Shown one piece after another: positions 58,005 through 64,000 of a stretch of 64,000 nucleotides of DNA. Within the stretch, counting starts at the first letter, position 1, and each line of letters begins with the position of its first letter. Under the pieces are notes generated by a model. It saw only the letters and a program-made list of their open reading frames with translations, searched no databases and was not told the origin of the DNA. The stretch comes from a bacterium (GTDB taxonomy: Bacteria > DRYD01): positions 111,232 through 175,231 of the forward strand of contig JAUQQQ010000002.1 in the NCBI GenBank assembly GCA_030549815.1. Reading direction: 5' to 3'. The translations under genes and the position numbers were made by a program.

Positions 58005-59966
58005 TTAACTAATTATCAATAAATTAGATCCTGAACAAAGTAAATGAATTTTGTTATTATAATAAGCAATTGCAAAAATATTATCGAAAGTGTTTAATCT
58101 AATTTCTTGATAATTATCAAAGTTATCAGTTTTATAGAATCCCCCACTATTTGAACAAATATAATAACTGCCATTTACAAAATCGATATCATTAACTTCT
58201 AAATAAGATTTAGGTAAATTGTATTTAACTATTTTTTGATTATCAAATTTTGCCAATAAACCAGATCCTAAAATAAATAAATCATTACCCAACACCTTTA
58301 CTTTTTTGATTTGCTGATAAGAACCCGTTTGATATTCTTGCAATTTTTCAAATTTCTCATTAAATATTAAAATACTGCTACTACCTCCTATTATTTTTCC
58401 ATCAAAAACTTCTAAAAAATTAATATTAATACTTTTCTCTTCCACTACTTTTCCTTCCTGTAGGGTATATAATCTTCCGCTACTTAAGGCAAAAATTTGG
58501 TTATTATAAATAATAAAGTCTAAAATATCGCTGTATCCTATTTTGTAAAAATTAACAACGTTAAAATCCTGGTCTATTATTAACATACTACCTGATGAAC
58601 CACTCAAGTATATTTTATCATCTATTTTTTTAACTTTTTTTATCCTGAAATTCAATTCCTTAATTTTTATTTCTTGAAAAGAATATGTTGGTAAGTTACT
58701 TACAAGAAGATAGATTTTGTTTTCTGAAAAAACAATAAATTTATCATTCAATGTTAAATAGAATAGGAGGTTTTCAAAGGAGGGAAGTCGTATTTTTTCT
58801 ATATTGAATGTATTTTCAAGCTTAGTTGATGGTTGTTGTATAGGTTGGTATTCAGATTTTTGTTCAACTTTTTGTTCAATTTTTTGTTCAATTTTTGATT
58901 CAACTTTTGGTTCAACGTTTGATTCATCTTTTGATTCATCTCTTCGTTCAATTCTTGGTTCAACTTTTGGTTCCATTTTTGGTTCTATTTTTTGCTTTAT
59001 TCTTTGTTCTGCTTTTTGTTCAGATGATTTAGCAATCTCGGATGATTTATTTATATTTGTTAATTCGAAAGAGCTTATTTCTTTTTCTTTCTCTTGTTGG
59101 AATTCTATTTCCACAGCAATTCTATCCTTTAAGCTATTAGATCTTATATCAATGAATTTTATGATATTTTGAATGTGTGTTTGTAAGTCTTCAATTTGTT
59201 TTTGATTACCATACTTTTGGTACATATTTCTTATTTCTTGGTTAATTAATCCTAATTCATTAAGTTCTTCTGCAAAAATTTGCTTATTCATTAATTTTTT
59301 TAGTTCAAGGATATTTTTAGATTTTATTGCATCTTCAATTTGTTTTACTTTATATACTACTTGATCTTTTACTTTTTGTATTCTTTGAGCTAAGTTTTTT
59401 ACATCATTTAAAAATTGATATTTAGTATCTGAATCTTGTTTAGTAGATGGTTCTTCGAAGGAGGTTGTTGATTCTGCTGACATCAATGGTTGCCTTTCTT
59501 GGTTAGTTTGTTGAGTTTGAGAAGAAAACTGTAAAGGGTTAAGGGAATAAAGTTTTATTAATTCTAATTCACCTGAATCGAGGAATATACCGCAACCATT
59601 AGAACATATATCAACCCAAATATTACTGTCTTTTGAATAATTAACAAGCGTCAATTGTTTTTGACAGATGGGGCAAATTCTCTTTCCACTACCTTTAACA
59701 CTTTGTTTGGTCTTTGAGGGAAAGTATTTTGATATGTCTTTCAAATCAATTTCTAAAGCTTTAACCAATTCTCCTCTGTCAAACCATAAAGATTCACATT
59801 CCTGGCAAAAATCAAGTTCAAGATAATTATTTCCATAATTTCCCAAAATTTTGATTGATATTTTCTTCATCACGGAATAGCAATTTGGACATTTTAAATT
59901 GGGAGGTCTTTTATATCCTGTTATTCCTAAATCTTTTAAAATATCATTAAATAAGTCTTTAAACAT
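58005..59966 (-). CDS. novel protein: two TFIIB-type zinc ribbons + coiled coil + (K-I/V-E-P/Q)n repeat tract + C-terminal propeller-like repeats
   Basis: CPNCYSV..FCQECESLWFDRGEL and CPICQKQL..CSNGCGIFLDSGEL match the zf-TFIIB-like (PF13453-type) pattern. The tract KIEPKMEPKVEPRIERRDESKDESNVEPKVESKIEQKIEQKVEQK follows. The C-terminus has recurring ..KIYLxxSxG.. and ..NQIFALSSG.. blades. 653 aa. Confidence 0.5.
   Translation of the reverse strand: MFKDLFNDILKDLGITGYKRPPNLKCPNCYSVMKKISIKILGNYGNNYLELDFCQECESLWFDRGELVKALEIDLKDISKYFPSKTKQSVKGSGKRICPICQKQLTLVNYSKDSNIWVDICSNGCGIFLDSGELELIKLYSLNPLQFSSQTQQTNQERQPLMSAESTTSFEEPSTKQDSDTKYQFLNDVKNLAQRIQKVKDQVVYKVKQIEDAIKSKNILELKKLMNKQIFAEELNELGLINQEIRNMYQKYGNQKQIEDLQTHIQNIIKFIDIRSNSLKDRIAVEIEFQQEKEKEISSFELTNINKSSEIAKSSEQKAEQRIKQKIEPKMEPKVEPRIERRDESKDESNVEPKVESKIEQKIEQKVEQKSEYQPIQQPSTKLENTFNIEKIRLPSFENLLFYLTLNDKFIVFSENKIYLLVSNLPTYSFQEIKIKELNFRIKKVKKIDDKIYLSGSSGSMLIIDQDFNVVNFYKIGYSDILDFIIYNNQIFALSSGRLYTLQEGKVVEEKSININFLEVFDGKIIGGSSSILIFNEKFEKLQEYQTGSYQQIKKVKVLGNDLFILGSGLLAKFDNQKIVKYNLPKSYLEVNDIDFVNGSYYICSNSGGFYKTDNFDNYQEIRLNTFDNIFAIAYYNNKIHLLCSGSNLLIIS
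58856..59020 (-). repeat. 12-nt in-frame minisatellite (~13 units) inside the 58005-59966 gene
   Basis: Plus-strand units of the form GTTCAAnTTTTT / GATTCATCTTTT / GGTTCAACTTTT, each encoding a 4-aa K-x-E-x period. Confidence 0.7.
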
Positions 59967-60096
59967 TCCTTTATCTCCTTAAAAAATTTGCATTTCCTAT
60001 TTAAATTTTTCTCATAAAAAAAGAAAAAACCTGCAAAGGTTAATTTACTGAACAAGGATATGATAATTTAGTGTGGAATTATAAAAATAAGATGGT

Positions 60097-61470
60097 ATGA
60101 AAGTTTTTTATAGTTTTGGTACAGATGGAATAAGAGAGAAATATCCATTTTTAAACGATCTTGTAGCATACATAGTTGGAAAAAGCTTTGCCAAAATTGT
60201 TGATAAAAAGGAGAAAGTTGTAATCGGGTTTGATACAAGATTTAACAGCTACTCAATGTCATTGGCACTATCTTCCGCATTGGTTAGCAGTGGCTTCAAA
60301 GTTGAACTTTCTTCTAATCCCATATCTACTCCAGCCTTAGCTTTTATAACAAAACATAGAAAATGCTTTGGATTTCAAATTACAGCATCCCACAACCCCT
60401 ATTACTATAATGGTATAAAAATACTACACAAAGGTTTAAAAATAAATGACAGTTTAGAAAAAAAAATAGAAAATGAATTAAATAATTACTTTGAGTTATT
60501 ACATCAAGATTTTTCTAATTACTTACAGCTTTTTAAAGATAATATTAATTCACACAACAATTTTAAAATTTCTAACTTTGCAAATATTTACATAAAACAC
60601 CTCTTGCTTTTTGCAAAAAAGAAAATATTCTTTGAAAAAAAACCACCAGAATTGTTGGTTATAATAGATTTAGCTAATGGAGCATTATCAACATACGCTT
60701 TAACCATTTTTAAACAATTAACTAAAAATGTAAAAGTCATAAACAATAAACCAAACGGTTTTAACATCAATGATAACTGTGGAGCAACGAACATAGAAAC
60801 ATTTAAAAAGACTTTTCAAACATTATCGAAAAATTATCAAAAAGCTATAGGATTTACCTTTGATGGGGATGGAGATAGAGTGTTATGTACATACAAAGAA
60901 AACAAGAATTTATTCGTTTTAGATGGAGATGTTATTTTATTAATAATTTCCAAATTTTTAAAAAATTTCTATCCTATAAATACGGTGGCTTTAACCCATA
61001 TGAGTTCGTTAGGAATAGAGAAAGCGTTTGTCAGTCAAGGGATTAATGTATTAAGGACAGAAGTCGGGGATAAATATTTAACAAAAGCAATACTGGAAGG
61101 TAAAGCTCAATTAGGAGCAGAACAATCAGGACATATAGTTATTCCTCCTTTCCTCTATACAGGAGATGGCATTTTATCTTCCCTGTTTTTACTTTCTGCT
61201 TTAAATTATACTAATGTTGATAACATAATACAATCTATCGAAAAATTTGAACAAAAATTAATAAACGTGAAAGTTTTAAATAAAAAAGAATTCATTGAAA
61301 AAAATAAAAGCTTATTTGAAAAAATACAAAAACAATATCCAAATAGCAGGATCTTTGTAAGACCATCTGGCACAGAAGATGTTGTTAGAATACTAATAGA
61401 ATCGAAAGAAAAACAAAAAATAGAGGAAATTGAGGAAATAATAAACAAAGAGGTGGTTATAAATGTTTGA
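60097..61470 (+). CDS. glmM: phosphoglucosamine mutase (GlmM-like phosphohexomutase)
   Basis: FGTDGIRE, ITASHNPYYYNGIK (phospho-Ser loop) and FDGDGDRV (Mg site). Confidence 0.75.
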   Translation: MKVFYSFGTDGIREKYPFLNDLVAYIVGKSFAKIVDKKEKVVIGFDTRFNSYSMSLALSSALVSSGFKVELSSNPISTPALAFITKHRKCFGFQITASHNPYYYNGIKILHKGLKINDSLEKKIENELNNYFELLHQDFSNYLQLFKDNINSHNNFKISNFANIYIKHLLLFAKKKIFFEKKPPELLVIIDLANGALSTYALTIFKQLTKNVKVINNKPNGFNINDNCGATNIETFKKTFQTLSKNYQKAIGFTFDGDGDRVLCTYKENKNLFVLDGDVILLIISKFLKNFYPINTVALTHMSSLGIEKAFVSQGINVLRTEVGDKYLTKAILEGKAQLGAEQSGHIVIPPFLYTGDGILSSLFLLSALNYTNVDNIIQSIEKFEQKLINVKVLNKKEFIEKNKSLFEKIQKQYPNSRIFVRPSGTEDVVRILIESKEKQKIEEIEEIINKEVVINV

Positions 61471-62842
61471 AAAATTAGTAGATAGCTTCAGTAAAATAGT
61501 TAAAGGTTTATCAGGAAAAGGTAAAATATCTAAGGAAGAAATTGAACAGACCATAAGAGAAATCAGAATAGCCCTCTTAGAAGCAGATGTCCATCTAAAT
61601 GTTGTGAGAGATTTAACATTAAAAATTAAGGAAGATGTAGAAAAATTAGAAAGTAGTGAATTTTTTACTCCTTCACAATTAATAATAAGGTCAACAAGAG
61701 ATAAGATTTTGGAAATATTAGGAGGAGAAGCCACAAAATTGGAAATAAATAAAAATCCATCCATAATTCTAATGGTAGGGTTACAAGGGTCTGGTAAAAC
61801 CACAACAACTGCAAAATTAGCTTATTATTTTAAAGAACAAGGATATAACCCTGTAGTAGTAGCAGCAGACTTTAACAGACCAGCTGCTATAGATCAATTG
61901 GTTCATATCTCTACAACAAATTCCATACCTGTAGTTTTTGATAAAAATTCCAATTCAATGAATATCGTTAAAAAAGCAGTAGAAGAAGCAAAGGAAAAAG
62001 GGTATAATCCAATAATTGTTGATACAGCAGGAAGAATTCATGTAGATCAAGAAGTATTGGATGAAATAAAAAAGTTGAAAGAAAAATTTGATGTAGAACA
62101 TACAATTTTAGTAATAGATGCAATGATTGGTCAAGAAGGTGTAAGTGTAGCACAAAAATTTGATGAAAGCATCAATTTAAGCGGATTTATCGTTACCAAA
62201 ATGGATGGAGACACAAGAGGTGGTGTAGCACTATCAATAAGATACATTACAGGAAAACCACTGTATTTTATAGGTGTTGGTGAGAAAATAACAGACTTGG
62301 AAGTGTTCCATCCTGATAGAGTAGTATCAAGAATACTTGGTATGGGAGATATACTTACTTTCATTGAAAAAATCGAAAAACAAATAGAAGAAGATCAATT
62401 ACAGAAAGTCGAAAAATATCTTGAAGGTGAATTTACATTCGTAGATTATCTATCTTATTTGAGAATGATAAAAAAAATGGGAGATTTTAAATCTATTCTT
62501 TCAATGCTTCCTCTGAAAATGTTTGGAATAGATCCAATAGCACTAAGGGATGTTCAAGTAGATCCCAAAACAATCGATAAAATAGAAGCAATCATAAATT
62601 CTATGACCAAAGAAGAAAGGACAAAACCCGATATAATAAACAGCAGTAGAAAAGCAAGAATAGCACGTGGTAGCGGAACATCAATAAGAGAGGTAAATAA
62701 TCTTATCAAACATTTCAGAGAAATGAGAAAAGTGTTGAAGAAAATGGGAGGGATCGTAAAGAAAGAAAATATACCAGAATTAAACATGCCTTTTAAACCA
62801 ACAAACATAAAAGATATAATGAGCATGTTTGGAAATAAATAA
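61463..62842 (+). CDS. ffh: signal recognition particle protein Ffh
   Basis: NG domain GLQGSGKTTT, DTAGR, and an M-domain Met-rich C-terminus. Overlaps glmM by 8 nt. Confidence 0.95.
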   Translation: MFEKLVDSFSKIVKGLSGKGKISKEEIEQTIREIRIALLEADVHLNVVRDLTLKIKEDVEKLESSEFFTPSQLIIRSTRDKILEILGGEATKLEINKNPSIILMVGLQGSGKTTTTAKLAYYFKEQGYNPVVVAADFNRPAAIDQLVHISTTNSIPVVFDKNSNSMNIVKKAVEEAKEKGYNPIIVDTAGRIHVDQEVLDEIKKLKEKFDVEHTILVIDAMIGQEGVSVAQKFDESINLSGFIVTKMDGDTRGGVALSIRYITGKPLYFIGVGEKITDLEVFHPDRVVSRILGMGDILTFIEKIEKQIEEDQLQKVEKYLEGEFTFVDYLSYLRMIKKMGDFKSILSMLPLKMFGIDPIALRDVQVDPKTIDKIEAIINSMTKEERTKPDIINSSRKARIARGSGTSIREVNNLIKHFREMRKVLKKMGGIVKKENIPELNMPFKPTNIKDIMSMFGNK

Positions 62843-62859
62843 AAAGGAGGTTAAAAATT

Positions 62860-63111
62860 ATGTTAAAGATAAGATTATCAAGGTATGGCCACAGACATAA
62901 TCCTTGGTATAGGATAGTTGTTGCAGACGCAAAAAACAAAAGAGATGGGAAATATGTTGAAAAAATAGGATATTACAATCCAAGAATGCAACCAAAAATC
63001 TTAGAAATAAATTTAGAGAAATTTAAGTATTGGGTTAACAAAGGAGCTCAACCAACTGAAACCGTTAAAAAGTTAGTCCAAAAATATCAAGAAAAATTGC
63101 TAAAAAAATAG
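62860..63111 (+). CDS. rpsP: 30S ribosomal protein S16
   Basis: MLKIRLSRYGHRHNPWYRIVVADAKNKRDG. Confidence 0.95.
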   Translation: MLKIRLSRYGHRHNPWYRIVVADAKNKRDGKYVEKIGYYNPRMQPKILEINLEKFKYWVNKGAQPTETVKKLVQKYQEKLLKK

Positions 63112-63150
63112 AAACATAAAAAAATAGAAAAATAAGAGGGGTGTAAATTT

Positions 63151-63711
63151 ATGCTAATAACTCCTAATGATTTTCATAGAGGAGTTATAATAGAATATGA
63201 TGGTAGTTTATGGCAAGTTGTAGATTATCAACATACAAAAATTGCTCAAGCGAGAGCTTTTGTTGCAACAAAAATAAAAAACCTTAAAACAGGACAAGTT
63301 TTAGAAAAAAAATTTGATAGTGAAGAAAAATTTAAAAGAGCAATCGTAGAAACGAAACAAATGCAAGCACTATACAGAGATTCCGAATTTCTATACTTAA
63401 TGGATAATGAAACTTTTGAACAATATTCACTACCTTTAAACTTAGTAGAAAAAGAAATAGGGTTTATAAAAGATGGAGATACAGTTAATGTTTTGATGTA
63501 TGAAGGAAATCCAATAGGTGTTCAATTGCCATCAACAGTGGTATTAAAAGTAGAATATACAGAAAAAGCAGTAAAAGGAGATAGAGTATCAAGCGTAATG
63601 AAACCTGCAACATTAGAAACAGGAATAACAGTAAATGTACCCATATTTATCGACATAGGTGATAGCATAGTCGTAAATACCGAAACAGGTGAATATGTAA
63701 GTAGAGCATAA
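63151..63711 (+). CDS. efp: elongation factor P
   Basis: MLITPNDFHRGVIIEYDGSLWQVVDYQHTK..ATKIKNLKTGQV. 186 aa. Confidence 0.95.
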   Translation: MLITPNDFHRGVIIEYDGSLWQVVDYQHTKIAQARAFVATKIKNLKTGQVLEKKFDSEEKFKRAIVETKQMQALYRDSEFLYLMDNETFEQYSLPLNLVEKEIGFIKDGDTVNVLMYEGNPIGVQLPSTVVLKVEYTEKAVKGDRVSSVMKPATLETGITVNVPIFIDIGDSIVVNTETGEYVSRA

Positions 63712-63733
63712 AATACTTTATTAAGATAATAAA

Positions 63734-64000
63734 ATGATCCAAAAGCTCTTTTTATTAACTACGAAAGTATCGGTATTGATACTTTTTTTTCTATTTATTC
63801 TTTTTTGCTTTGCATATACAAATAATGGTAAATCTATTCCTTTTAGTTTCGAAAACAAAACGTCAATATCCATCTTTGACGTTTATTCAAATGAAATAGT
63901 TTATTTTTATAAAGAGCGAGAATTATTAATGCCAGCTTCAACGATGAAATTAGTAACATCAATAGATGCTCTTTCTATTCTTGGACCATATTACATCTTC
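63734..64000 (+). CDS. D-alanyl-D-alanine carboxypeptidase/endopeptidase (PBP4/DacB family), 3' end beyond window
   Basis: Signal peptide followed by the LMPASTMKLVTSIDAL active-site SxxK region. The ORF is open at the window end. Confidence 0.6.
   Translation, partial: MIQKLFLLTTKVSVLILFFLFILFCFAYTNNGKSIPFSFENKTSISIFDVYSNEIVYFYKERELLMPASTMKLVTSIDALSILGPYYIF

Noticed and set aside
58804-59172. Plus-strand 122-aa ORF and a CRISPR-like appearance of regularly spaced repeats
   Set aside because: The repeats are 12-nt in-frame coding units (a K-x-E-x period) inside a long minus-strand gene. They have no spacer-like unique segments and no cas genes.
59967-60096. Putative sigma70-type promoter upstream of glmM (TTGCAT ... 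TATGATAAT)
   Set aside because: The -35/-10 spacing does not fit convincingly in any register I tried. I left it unannotated.

Overview
This is a 64 kb, very AT-rich (roughly 30% GC) bacterial chromosomal window, about 90% coding, with many 4-8 nt gene overlaps indicating long operons. Gene content (SpoVS, PilT, HypCDEF, an EF-G paralog, a NuoEF-like flavoprotein, SppA, an M48 protease) suggests a low-GC anaerobe, possibly Thermotogota-like, but this is an inference and not provable from the window. Housekeeping genes include dapA (5' cut by the window edge), trmI, a UvrD-like helicase, secF, uppP, truA, hemL, tRNA-Leu(GAG), spoVS, fabD, a MutS2 paralog, sppA, proS, nnr, rho, rpoZ, gmk, tRNA-Asn(GTT), recJ, pilT, glmM, ffh, rpsP, efp and a dacB-like fragment. 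I found no transposase, integrase, CRISPR array or recognisable defence system. The most interesting items are listed below.
- A protoglobin-like gene carries an in-frame internal deletion plus a TAG stop that removes the predicted proximal-His region. It lies directly upstream of an AhbD/NirJ-like radical-SAM/SPASM gene, and hemL and katG are also in the window.
- A GC-richer katG is wedged between hypC and hypD, while hypF, a NuoEF-like gene and hypE lie about 16 kb away.
- A run of proteins looks like enzymes with lost catalytic parts: a Ser/Thr pseudokinase with TPR repeats, a YchF-like protein without a P-loop, an HD-GYP pair with a collapsed motif region, a MutS2 without Smr, and a HypF without its acylphosphatase domain.
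- Two proteins carry low-complexity tandem repeats: an M48 protease with a Q/P/Y-rich tail, and a novel dual zinc-ribbon protein with a (K-I/V-E-P/Q)n tract and a propeller-like C-terminus, sitting upstream of pilT.
- truA has no in-frame ATG upstream of its conserved N-terminus but has a strong SD followed by ATT.
- Several blocks of uncharacterised genes (25.6-28.3 kb and 41.0-43.6 kb) remain unexplained.
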